From Selaginella moellendorffii (lineage: Eukaryota > Plantae > Lycopodiophyta), in the NCBI RefSeq assembly GCF_000143415.4, contig NW_003314272.1, positions 2,753,728 through 2,817,727 on the forward strand: a stretch of 64,000 nt of DNA. Direction: 5' to 3'. The notes below the pieces were generated by a model, which was given only the letters and a program-made list of their open reading frames with translations, was not told the origin of the DNA and searched no databases. Of this stretch, positions 11,670-22,916 are shown one piece after another. The stretch's first letter is position 1; the number at the start of each line of letters is the position of its first letter. The position numbers and the translations under genes are program-made.

Positions 11670-12605
11670 GGTTCCTTACAATTACAAGGAAGCATTAGAT
11701 ATAGCTATTAAGGTGCATTTCAATGATAACCTGTGAAAGGGGAACACAACAGGGTTGAGGTCCACATTCAGCAAAGGAGTCAAACCAAGGAAGACATATA
11801 GTAAAGGGAAATTCAAGAAGAGTTTCTTTAAGAATGAGTCCTTAAGCTTTTAGAAAGGCAAACCCAGTGGCTAGTGAGCAAATACATAAAGGAGTCAAGC
11901 GAAAAGGGACAAACCCACAGATAAGAAAGTCAAGTTAGTTAGTAGCGTGGGAAACAACATATACTTCAACTGCATTGAAGCAAGACATTTTTCAAGAGAA
12001 TATCCCTACCTGAAGAAGGCCAGAATCAATATGGTTATTAAGTCGGGTGAATTCAAACTGAGGTATGTGATCTAGTCCCTAACTCAAAGTTACTCATTAC
12101 ATGAGCAACTTTGGTAGAAGGTAAACTAATTAGCACGCTAAAGGTAAGCTAAGTAGCATAGGTTAGCAAGGTCAACCAACGACTCCCCGAAGCAAGTGTT
12201 GAACCCAAAATTTAAGATTTAAAAGGTTCTATGATTAAGTCTTGTTGTACCAAGTGATATTAGAAACCTAAAGGTTTGGTGTGTTTGGCTGCTTATGCTT
12301 GCAAGGAGTGTAGCCAAATTTTTAAGTTTAATCTAACCTAGGGAGGGGGATTGGGAGAAATTTAGGAAATCTGTGGATGGATAGGTAACGCTTTATTACT
12401 TATGCAGTGAATAGTTAAAAGTAAGTAGGACCAAGTAGGGGCTAGTATAATAGGTGGGAACTTTAGTGAGGGAACTTAACTAAAGCTAAAGCCATGATGG
12501 TCAAATAAACAAGGTAAGCTAGCAAATTGGAAATAAAAAATTTATAGCTTACAATTTGGTATTGGAGCCTTTGCCTCAGTTTTAGTGAAGGATAAAGGCA
12601 GATTG
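11670..12605 (+). mobile_element. Older rearranged remnant of the element B family (gag fragment, partial LTR, PBS)
   Basis: 11670-12117 matches the reverse complement of about 9240-9680; 12185-12605 matches the reverse complement of about 10495-10915. Confidence 0.85.
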
Positions 12606-12973
12606 TGTCAAAAACCCAAGTGATATACTCTTTATTTGATAATAGCATGGCAAAAGAAGAAATTATAAAAGAAATTAAAATTAAATAATAAATCTAATAG
12701 TTATATTTTAGATCTAGCAAAAAGCTATATCAAATCTAGAGAAGCAAAAAGGAATGATAGAACAAATACAAAAACATAATCCCACACTAGTAAATGTTGC
12801 CAAAAATCTTTACCCTCCATAAACAAATTGTAATACCATTTAAGTCCATTAGTATAAGTGTTTGGGATATGGGAATAGGTATTTTAATTAGGGTTTAGAC
12901 CCTTGCTATGTATAAAAATAGATGAATTATATTTAGTCTAAATGGACAATCTATATCTTATAATAGTATATTG

Positions 12974-12977
<4 letters not shown>

Positions 12978-13050
<73 letters not shown>
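12978..13050. repeat. (AT)n microsatellite
   Basis: About 36 perfect TA units followed by TTTA/TTTG repeats. Confidence 0.98.
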
Positions 13051-13054
<4 letters not shown>

Positions 13055-13115
13055 TTATTTATTTATTTGTTTGTTTTTTTGTTTGTTTGTATGTGTGTGG
13101 CTATGATATTGTATA

Positions 13116-14212
13116 CTAATATTAGCATAGTGGGATTTTAATAACTGTTAGATTGATTTTAATTTAGACCACTCACTTCTATATATAAATTAGTGTTTTT
13201 GGGCTAATTAATATGCATATTTTTGTATTTCAATTTTATATTCCATACACTCACATTAGTGGAGGTAGAGAGCATCTTTAATTTTCTTTGAGGAGTGCTT
13301 GGATTTGGGATTTATTTTAGATTTAATTTTTATATTATTTAAATCTCACTTTCTTTATAGCTTTTTCAATTTCTTCTTATTTGTATTTTTTTACTTGTTT
13401 GTTCATCTTCATGGCAGCTTCCTCCTTTAACTATAGAGTAATAATTAGTGCAATAGTTCGATGTTATGTGGTTGTAATTAAATAATCAAACTCAGTTGAT
13501 AGCAATATTTATAGTATGTACTCTTACTACCAATCCACATATTCGGCTAGAGTTTTTCTATAAGAATCCTAAGAATGATGTATATCATTTCGACTAGATA
13601 TGAGGATTGGTAATAAGTGCACAAAGAATTATACCATATGCCATAAATGCTACTATCAATTGAGTTTAATTGTTCAACTACAACTAGAGCAATTACACCA
13701 ACTATTACTCTAAAGTTAAAGAAGGAGGAAGTTCCATATAAAGATGAACAAAAAGCTAAAAAAAAGCAAGAAAAAAAGCTATAAAGACAGTGAGATTTAG
13801 ACAATGCAAACGTTAAATTTAAACCAAGATCCCAAATCGAAGCACTCATTATAGACAATCAAAGATGCCCCTCTTCTCCACTAATGGGAATGCATATTAA
13901 TTAACCTTAAAACCTTAGATTATATATAGGAATAAGTGGTTCAGATTGAAACTAATCTAATAATTATGGTTGGGCACTAAAGAACCTCAAGAGAAGACAT
14001 AATATAATCTAAAGAGACTAGATCTTTATGTTTTAGTGCCAGATCATAACACTCTTTAATCCTATTTTCAAGATGACAACCACAAACAACTAACTTTTTG
14101 CAACTAGATACCAAATATAACAACTTTAGCTTAACGTAAAAACCTTAGATTATATATAAAAACAAGTAGTTCAGATTGAAGCTAATCTAAAATCCCACTA
14201 TGCTAATATTAG
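13116..14212. repeat. AT-rich foldback (long diverged inverted repeat), MITE/foldback-like
   Basis: Perfect 25-bp terminal IR 13116-13140/14188-14212; arms of about 13140-13555 and 13590-13968 are diverged reverse complements. Confidence 0.75.
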
Positions 14213-15933
14213 AGACTAAGGGAATCTTAAGATTAAAGTTAATCCATGACTTATTTTACAGAGATTAATCACAACTAATCAAGGGCTTTTGGGGATACAG
14301 TGGAACTGTGAGCAGTGACATAGAGGGGCTTAAGGGTGGTTGAGTGGTGATCTGTTGTACATCAGTGTGATAATTCTTCATTAAGTTCTAACAACTGGTA
14401 TTAGAAGGGATTCTTTTACGTTAGTAGAACCCATCTTAAACTCCACAGAATCGACGTCCATCTTAACCTCCACAGAACCAACTTCACTCTTAACGGCAAA
14501 ATTGACAACATCAAAGCACAAGTTAATGTTGCAAGAGTGACTGGGCTTCTTCTGGAGGTAGCAAGGAAGACAGTAGCTCGGCCTGCTCAAGTGTGTCGAC
14601 CAAGGCTGCTCACGCTCATTCAACGCTTTGTTGTACCGGGGCCCCTATAGACCAGAGCTTCCTCAAAGTCTCAGTTTGAGCACCACCTTTCTTTGATACA
14701 TCACTGATCATTCCTGTTGAATCAGCTTCGCAACCATCACTTCCTCAGGTGTCCATTCCAACACGGTGTCCCCAATGATTAATCTCAACATGTATGAGGG
14801 CAGCCTCCAAACAACGTGGAAGCTGAAAGGGCGGGGTGATCTCATAGTCTGCCAACCGCATATTTCTGTGTTGGGAAATTGCACTTCTTGTCACTGCAGT
14901 TCTTTCGTAGATACCGGAGACTGGCATTCAGTTTGGATAGTACCACTTTGTCGCACCCGGACACAATAAGTAGACCGGCAGTCCATGGCCATTCTGAACG
15001 TTGCGAATCACTCCCGCTCTTGCATAGGCTGCAGCTTGAATGATCCCATTCGTTGTGCAATTGTACAGAGCAACACGGCTTGAGACCCGGATGATTCTTC
15101 GTCATCTGAGGCGTCGTCGCCCAGAGTTTGATCAGCTATGTAGGGTGCCATTGTAAACCCCTGGTTGTAAGCTTTTGGCGAAGACGCTACCCCAACACAC
15201 CCCTTGATGAACTTGTTCTTCTCGTACTCCCTCCATTCCTTATCCGTTCACAAACATTTCAGGAAGTCCCAAAGCCATGAACTGGATTTGCCTGATGTTT
15301 TCCCCCCTGTTGTTGTCAAACAATCTGAAAAAGACGATATTACAAAATTCTAGAAACGGCGTACTCAGCAATGATCATGTCGATGGTCGCCTGGGGCATC
15401 TTTCCGCCAGCAAACCTGTGTCCACCACCTCGTTGAAATGTCCTCGGATCACATCCACAAAGGGCTCGCGGCAATAGTAGATCAGAATCCCGTCCGCATT
15501 TCCCTGCTATCAACCAAGCTCCCAAGAGTGAGCTCTCTCTTCTCGCTCGCTCGCCGTGTGTGTGTGTGTGAAAGTTCTGGGTCACATGACACAGCATATT
15601 AATATGTCATTGCCATAATTGGAGATATTAGGCAATACATTTAGCAGCCTGCTTGGAACGAAGTTTGCCCTAGCAAGTTGGTGGAGCTTGTAAATGTGTT
15701 TGTTTTGAGATTGTGAGTAGTCATCATTTTGTACCACTCTTTTCCAAGTCTTATGCAAAGCTGACGCGATTGCTCATGAGGTTTCCTTGACTTCTTGGAT
15801 GCAACCATAAAAAAAACTCATACGAACCAAAACTTTAGGCCTTTATTGACGACAAACTTTCCTTGACGCCGTGATTTCTTTTCGGGATCTTTTTCTTTAC
15901 CTCCGGTCTGTACAAAAGAGAAGTGCCATCGCT

Positions 15934-16531
15934 CTACCAATTCTCTTTGGTCATCTTCTTCTTTTCGATGATAAATTTGCCTTCTTTGTACTTCTCCCTC
16001 TCCTCGTAGGCTGTATCCTGGAAGTCCATGTGAGAAAAAAAAAAAAAAGAAGAAGAAAAAACCACAAAAAAAAGAGAAAAAACGCCAAGCTTTGTAAAAA
16101 AAGCAGAAGGAAAAAAGATAAAAGACTCACATATTTCCAGCCAAGAACTTGCTGGCAGCAAATACAATAGATATCGTTCACCGTGTGTAAGCCCGTAATG
16201 AGATTGCGCTCCTCCTTGGGCCCAAGAAACACATTCACCCTGTTACCACTCAGTCAATCCAACAGTACTGAAAGGGCAAAGAAGAAAGGGCACAAACAAA
16301 GAAAAAATCCATCAATCCAGTCTTCCAATTCCAATCCAATGCAATGCAACCCAACCCAAAACAAAATGCACTAGAATCGCCCACTTACACTTTGTTAAAG
16401 AGATAGGCGCGACCGTATCGGCCATGGAATTGCTTGGACACGACTTCCTCGTGATCGGCGGCGTGGGCGTGGCAATTGCTGCAACAGTAGATTCGATTGC
16501 CCGACAGGTACTCCTGGATTATCTGCCCCAT
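15934..16531 (-). CDS. Yippee-like (YPEL) zinc-binding protein, 3 exons
   Basis: IYCCSNC...[14 protein letters not shown] / [24 protein letters not shown] / [17 protein letters not shown] with GT-AG introns. Confidence 0.93.
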
Positions 16532-16949
16532 GCGCCAGGGAACCTCCTCTCCTCCTCTTGCCCTAGCGCGCCCAGCCACGAACCCTACATCTAGTGAAAC
16601 ACCACAAACACAGGAAAACTAACCGATACACAAGAACGACTTTTACTTCACTCCACATATAATCAAAGAACAAATATAATATAATGTATATATCAATCAT
16701 ATCGTGAAATTCTCCACTCATTCATTGCTCTTACAGAAATCGTTTGTTCTTCCCCAAATTCCAACTCCGGGTCCAATTAAGTTCGTAAACTTGACTGAAT
16801 GCAATCGACTGTATTTACCTGAGCACGAAACTTAGACCTGAAAGAAAAGAAAGAGGAGCTTACCAGTAAGTATAATACCGCAATGAACAAGGCAAGGAAC
16901 CACACGCGACGATACCGCCAGCGCGTGATCAATCCTTTGCCTTCACAAG

Positions 16950-19165
16950 TAGAGAAGCTTTTCCCTCAATATGCGCTCTGCGCTTTCGCCAGTGAGCTGC
17001 AGAAACGATTGAACAAAACGTAGAACAACAAGCACAAAAAGCATACCTGCGAGGTTTATTTTGCCTTTCTTCAGATGGCAAGCCTGCGCAGCGAGTATAA
17101 AAGCTGAGACTCTCTCAACTCCGGGCACTTGAATGCTTACCTGAAGCTTCAGAAGGCGGCCTCCACATGTTATTCGATCCATGCTCCCTACTCAAGAAGC
17201 ACTGGCGTCAGATCACCGTGTCCTAACGAGTAAGATCCTACCTAGACGGCTGGAACACTGGCTGAGAAGATGGCTGCGCAAAATACATTCCTGGTGACGT
17301 GCTGTCCACAGCAATGTAAGGTGACATGAAACCGGTGCCTAACCCATTCCCTCCTCCAGCCAGAACTGGCACCCTGTATCGCAAAGAGAGAAAAAAATGT
17401 AAGCTGAGAGTACACTAACAACAAAAAGAGCATACCAAGCTATCTCGGAATTCCCATATCCATAAAGAGGTTGCCCCGAGAGTGGCATCATGCTTGGAAC
17501 CATCACCCCTCCTTGAGACTGGTTACCATACTGAAGAACTGATCAGCCAAGACACCGGGAGATAAGTAGTCTCTTCAACAAAAAAAATCGCATAGAACTT
17601 ACGTGGGCTCAAAACTTGGGGCGGAGAAAAGGTGTTGTCTCGAGCAGGAGCGCCGCCATACACGAGGGAACTCTTTCCAGACGAAGCAGTCCTGCCACCT
17701 CTTCCACCGCCACCAACAGCCGCTCCAGAGTCGTTCGCACTGACGAGAGGATTTCCCCGCAGACTAGACGTCGAAGAGTGAAACTCCTGAGAGTGTTGCG
17801 CCTGGGCTGGCTGCTGGATTATCCTACTCGTAGAAGCCTGAGACTGAGCCACTGCCTTGCCTTTCCCAGCTGCTGATCCTGTTACTGACCGGCCTTTATA
17901 AAAATGCGAGTCCGCGGCTTTGGAGGCGTGCCTCGAAGACGTGGGTGCTTGCGCCGAGAATAAGGAGCTTGAGGCTTCGGCCGTGTCGGTTTTCCCGTGG
18001 GGGAGCTTCGGTACAAAGACGGACGAGCTCGCGGTCAGCTTCCTTAGGCCGTTTCCGATAACTCTCTTGCTGCTTTCCTGATGCCCCGCGTCTTGCACCC
18101 CTGACGCCCCGGTTGGGAAGAATGGCGGCGAGGACGAGCTCAGGCTGGAAGCGCCAACTTGCTTCTTAGCGACATACTGACTGCCCAGCTCCCTACAACA
18201 CAGAACAGTGCCGATATTCAGTAGCTCCAAAGAAGTTGTCCTTTAGAGTTCATTGCTTAGCTAGAGCAAAAAGAAAAATCCCACACCAGGCTTACACTCG
18301 ATATGAATGCGTCAGGCAAGCAGGAAAACCAAAACACCAGAGGAAGAGAGTGCCACCACTACTTGTTAGCAAGAGGAGCCGCGTCTTCGTGGTCCTTCTT
18401 TGCTCCTCGGCCTTTCACAGAGACGCGCTGCGTAAGCACAGGGCCGTTCTCCTCGGTGGGATTGGCAAGCCGGCCTCTTCCACGGCCTCGGCCTCTTCCT
18501 CTTCCGCGGCCTTGGCCTCTTCCTCTTCGCCGTAAGTTCTGACATAAACCAGAGCTCATTCCGGAAGGAGAAGAAACTAGAAAACCAACCTCTTGTGCTC
18601 CCAGTGTAAGCTCCTCGAACATGTCATGGACCCAAGGCTTCTCATCTTTCGCCTCCCAGAGCCTCCTTCCCCCCATTCCACGCCTAAATAAAAAGATTTC
18701 TAGAGACAAGCTCGATAAAAAAGGAGAAACCATCACAGACCTGGGTCTCGCTCCACCACTGTCCCGGAATCGATCGTCATGCATGTAGAATGCGCCATTC
18801 GTGGGAACCATAAATGGCTCAGCCTCCTTCTTCTCATCGCCCGCCGCGCCTCCTTCGCCAGAATCCTTGCGGGCCAAGTCATTCCCATCCTTACCCAGCT
18901 GCTGGCGCCCATCGAACGACTCGTCAATGAACTCTTCGGCCTCCTCCTCATCCAGCCAAGCCCCATCCCCAGCCCCAGCTTCTTCCTCGTCCTCCTCATC
19001 GTCCTCGTCGCTCGCCTCGCGGCGCCGCAGCGCCAATGCCAGCGTACCCTCGCTCACATCGCTGTCGTAATCGCTGCTGTTGTTGGGAGAGGCCTCCGCT
19101 CCCTCTGCCGCCGCTGGAATCGCGCCGCCGGCGAAGAACCCTAGCGTTGCAGTCGCCTCCGCCAT
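16950..19165 (-). CDS. CASC3/Barentsz/MLN51 exon-junction complex protein, multi-exon (3' end approximate)
   Basis: EPFMVPTNGAFYMHDDRFRD and WVHDMFEE Btz/SELOR motifs, RG repeats, GNSEIAW|VPVLAG, C-terminal NKPR. Confidence 0.85.
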
Positions 19166-19277
19166 TGCTGCGCGCTTCCTCCCTAGGGCAAAAATAAATC
19201 GAGAGGTCAAGGCGGATATTCGGATGCCATGGCGCCGGCATATTCGAAAATGTAGGGCTCTTTCGAAATCTAGGGCT

Positions 19278-21626
19278 CTAGCGCGGCAAAAACGTGTTTG
19301 CGAGCAGGACGTAAGTTCCCGCGCTGGCGGGATCCTGTTCTAGGGCTCGCTGCGTCGCTCGCGCCCCGCGCTCCACATCCCTGTGGATCCGGCACGCATT
19401 GAGCAGTGCGCTCCACGAGGCTTGGTTGGGCACAAAGGGCATTCTTTCAATCAGCTCCTCGGCGGCGGCCAATTCCCCGGCGCGGCCTAGAACAGCGATC
19501 AAGCACGAGAAATGCTCGCGCCACGCCGCCAATCCGTGCTCACTCATCACCCGGAAGAACTCCCGCGCCTCCTTGACGCGCCCCAAGTGGCTGCAAACGA
19601 AGAGGAGGCTCAGGAAGAGCACCTCGTTTGGCAAGGCCGCTTCCATGCCCATCAATCGCAGCAATCCCAGCGCCTCGCCGCTGGATCCAAACTGCGCCGC
19701 GGCGGTGATCATCCCCGACCACGAGACCGGATCGCGATCGGGCATGGTGTCAAACACCGCCTTGGCCTCGCTCACGTATCCATTCCGCGCATACGTGGTG
19801 ACCATCGCGCTCCATGGCACGCAATTGTCCTTGGGCATTCGATCGAACAGGTGCTTCGCGGCGCCCAGCTCCAAGAACTGCCCGTACGCCACCACCATCG
19901 CCAGCGTTGTCACGGAGTTCTTGCACAGCATCGTGTCGTACACCCTCTTCGTCCCCTCCAGGTCGCCATTCCGTGCAAACCCCATGAGCAGAGCCGTACA
20001 GGCCACGACGTCGTGCTCCGGCATCTGGTCGAAGATGCTCTTGGCCAGCTCCAGGTTCGAGGCCCGAGAGTGGAGGTTTATCAGGGCCGTCCACGTCAGC
20101 ACGTCTCGCCTGGGCATCCGCTCGACCAGCTCCACCGCGCCGTGAACATCGCCGTCGATCACGCACGCCTGGACGATCGAGTTCCAGGAGATGATCGTGC
20201 GCTCCGGCATGGAATCGAAGAGCTCGCGCGCGTCGCCCAGCTCCCCATTCTCGCCGTGGGCGGCGATCATTGCGTTGATCATCACCACGTCGTGCTCCGG
20301 CACCGCCCCATCGAAGATCGCCCGCGCTGCTGCGGTGTCGAGCCGCGCCGCCAGCGCCTGGATCATCGAGTTCCACGCCACGGTGTTCCACTCGGGCATC
20401 AAATCGAAGCACCGCTTGGCGCTGTCGAAGAATCGCCCGTGCTGCTGCGCGAAGGCCGACAGCATCGTCGCCCACGTCACCATGTCCCGGCGCGGCATAC
20501 TGTCAAACAGCGACTTGGCGCCCTCCACGTGGCCGCTGTCCGCGAAAGCTGCCAGCATGGCATTCCACGTCACCAGGTGGCGCTCCGGCATTTTGTCGAA
20601 CAGGGCCTTGGCGCCCTCGAGGTCGCCACCCTGCGACATCGCCGCGATCATGGCCGTGCATGCTACCTCGTCCACGAGGGGCATCGCGCGGAATATCCGC
20701 GTCGCGGTCGCGTGGTCCCCTGCCGCCGCGATCACTGTCGCCGACGACACCACGTCCCGCGCGGGCATCCGACGGTAGAGATCCGCCGCCGCGTCAATCT
20801 GGCCGTTGGTGCAACACGCTGCGATCATCGTGGTCCATGACGTGAGGTTTTTCTCTGGAATGGATTCGAACACTTGCCACGCCTCTGCTAGATGCCCCGC
20901 TTGGGCATAAGCATGGAGAAGGGAATTCCAAGACACGGTGTTTTTCTGGGGTAGGGTATCAAAAAACGCTTTTGCTTGATCTACTAAGTGGCCTTGTGTG
21001 TATGCTCTGATCATCGCAGTGAAAGACACAACGTCCCACTCGGGCATATCATCAAACAGTAGCTTCGCTTGATCGAAATCGCCACCCTCGGCATAAGCAG
21101 ATATCATGCAGTTGCGCGAGATCAAATCCCTCTCGGGCATCTCGTCAAACATCAGCCGAGCGCCACGCAAATCCCCGGACTGGGCGCGCGCGCGCATCAC
21201 GGCAGTCCAAGCGATTGGGTTCCAGGAGGGCATTCGATCCAGTAGCGCTTTCGCCCCTTCGACTTCGCCATTGCAAGCGTAGCCCGAGATCAACGCGCAC
21301 CACGAAACAAAATTCCGACAGGGCATCCGATCAAAGTGTAGCTTCGCCTGCTCCAGATGCCCATTCTGGGCATATGCTGCTATGATAAAGTTCCAGGAAA
21401 AAACATTGGGCCTGTGGATCTGGTGGAAGACACGGCGCGCGTCTTCGCTCCTCCCGCACTTGCCATACATCTGGATGAGGAGATTGGCGAGAAATGTGTC
21501 GCTGGTGGCAAGCCCAGCTCGATCGATCCGAGAGTGGAGCCGGCGGCCAAGCGCCAAGTCCTTGGATTCGCAGCAGCGCTTGAGAGCCGACCCAAAATCC
21601 TCCGAGGGTGGCGCGCATGACACCAT
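19278..21626 (-). CDS. PLS-class pentatricopeptide repeat protein with E extension, no DYW (782 aa, single exon)
   Basis: Tandem roughly 31-aa FDxMPExxxVSW motifs; ends WSALLNACRIH...YVLLAN. Confidence 0.95.
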   Translation of the reverse strand: MVSCAPPSEDFGSALKRCCESKDLALGRRLHSRIDRAGLATSDTFLANLLIQMYGKCGRSEDARRVFHQIHRPNVFSWNFIIAAYAQNGHLEQAKLHFDRMPCRNFVSWCALISGYACNGEVEGAKALLDRMPSWNPIAWTAVMRARAQSGDLRGARLMFDEMPERDLISRNCMISAYAEGGDFDQAKLLFDDMPEWDVVSFTAMIRAYTQGHLVDQAKAFFDTLPQKNTVSWNSLLHAYAQAGHLAEAWQVFESIPEKNLTSWTTMIAACCTNGQIDAAADLYRRMPARDVVSSATVIAAAGDHATATRIFRAMPLVDEVACTAMIAAMSQGGDLEGAKALFDKMPERHLVTWNAMLAAFADSGHVEGAKSLFDSMPRRDMVTWATMLSAFAQQHGRFFDSAKRCFDLMPEWNTVAWNSMIQALAARLDTAAARAIFDGAVPEHDVVMINAMIAAHGENGELGDARELFDSMPERTIISWNSIVQACVIDGDVHGAVELVERMPRRDVLTWTALINLHSRASNLELAKSIFDQMPEHDVVACTALLMGFARNGDLEGTKRVYDTMLCKNSVTTLAMVVAYGQFLELGAAKHLFDRMPKDNCVPWSAMVTTYARNGYVSEAKAVFDTMPDRDPVSWSGMITAAAQFGSSGEALGLLRLMGMEAALPNEVLFLSLLFVCSHLGRVKEAREFFRVMSEHGLAAWREHFSCLIAVLGRAGELAAAEELIERMPFVPNQASWSALLNACRIHRDVERGARATQRALEQDPASAGTYVLLANTFLPR

Positions 21627-22916
21627 GTCATGTCAATCTCGTGCTTGACATTACGTTTTCTTTTCCTCTTTCCACCCACGATCCTTGCGCGACCTCATGA
21701 TCGTCTCCGTGGACACCATCGCGGCGGTCGTCCAGGAAGCTTCCAAGCAGTGGCACGTGGCGCCCGTCGCGAAGCTGCCTGGAAGCAGCACCTCCGTCGG
21801 ATATTCCCGCGAGCGCATTCAAAAAGCCGAATATGCGGTCACGACGAGAGCATGGCCCGCCGAAAAAACGCCCGCCGCCTGCCACGTGTCCCAAAGAAAT
21901 TATTCCAGTGATCATCACTGGGCCATTGAGTGTGTATCATGGCCTGGAATTTCTTGCTATACTGGGCCACTGCCTTATTCTAAGAATATCCAAACAGGGA
22001 GAGGAAAGTAAATCCCCCAGCCCAGAATTTCTTGCAAGGAATCTGGGGCCGGATCACGTTTTCCTGCAAAGCTAGAAAAGAAGGTGGCCAAAGAAAAGCC
22101 TTACAAAAGCAAAAGCTGATGCATTGAAACACCAAAGCTTTGGTTTGCGAAATGGCGATGATCCGATCAGATATCCTAGAGCTTGGTGATGATAAGCTAC
22201 TGCTACTTGGAGATTCAGCTAAGATCTGGCATCTCTTGCTCTCCCAAACTCCAACCTTGGCATTTAAAGTTCCAAGGGGCCACTTCTCCAAATTGCCCTA
22301 TTTTGTATTGTTAAGCGGGTTTTAAACCTTTAATCTAAGCTATATTTTATACCCTTTAGCGGTTTTTAAATGGGGGGAGAAATAGTTAGCCGTCGCTGTT
22401 GAATGGGGGAAGGAAGAATGGGCGATTATATAAAGGCGATTGGATGATCGCTGGCTGCTAGCCCCACTTGAGATTTCAACGCTCGAGCACATAAAAAAAC
22501 ATGGAAAAAAATGTAAGTGGGGCAGTGGTTTTGAAGTAGGGTGTGTGTGTTGTGTGGTAGTGTTAGCCATCTGGCTGGCGGACTTCGTTTTGATGCGTCA
22601 CAGCAGCGAGGAAGAAGAGAGAGAGAGAGAAGAGGAGCGGAGATAGGGATGGGCTCTTTCGATCTCCCTTGAATGTTCGCGTCGCGCACGACTTCTTTCA
22701 CCCCCTTGGCGAATCAATGAGCGAATGAAGGCGTGCGACAGCGATCGGAATCGTGAGTCGGCGATCGGTGTATCATCGCCAGGGATTGTGGCGAGAGGAG
22801 GAGCAGCGAGCGATCTGGGTCGGGAATTGGGCGGATTGGGTCTCTTGGGTCGGCGCTGGATTTGGAATTGGACGCGCGCTCGATCCGGGCTGGAGCGATA
22901 AGAGCTCTGGGTGGCT

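Noticed and set aside
11123-11736. S/D-rich and L/G/D-rich repetitive ORFs
   Set aside because: Translations of the hexamer minisatellite, open in several frames
14380-15430. Possible decayed gene on the minus strand (GIIQAAAYA, reminiscent of PD-(D/E)XK/Crinkler-type nucleases)
   Set aside because: Stops in all frames and the motif is too short to support a call
19399-20845. Long plus-strand ORFs antisense to PPR (likewise 36500-37477, 42468-43859, 55148-56502)
   Set aside because: Shadow ORFs caused by high GC3 in the real genes
21628-22011. Short GC-rich ORFs upstream of the PPR gene
   Set aside because: No recognisable motif or splice structure; probably promoter or fragment
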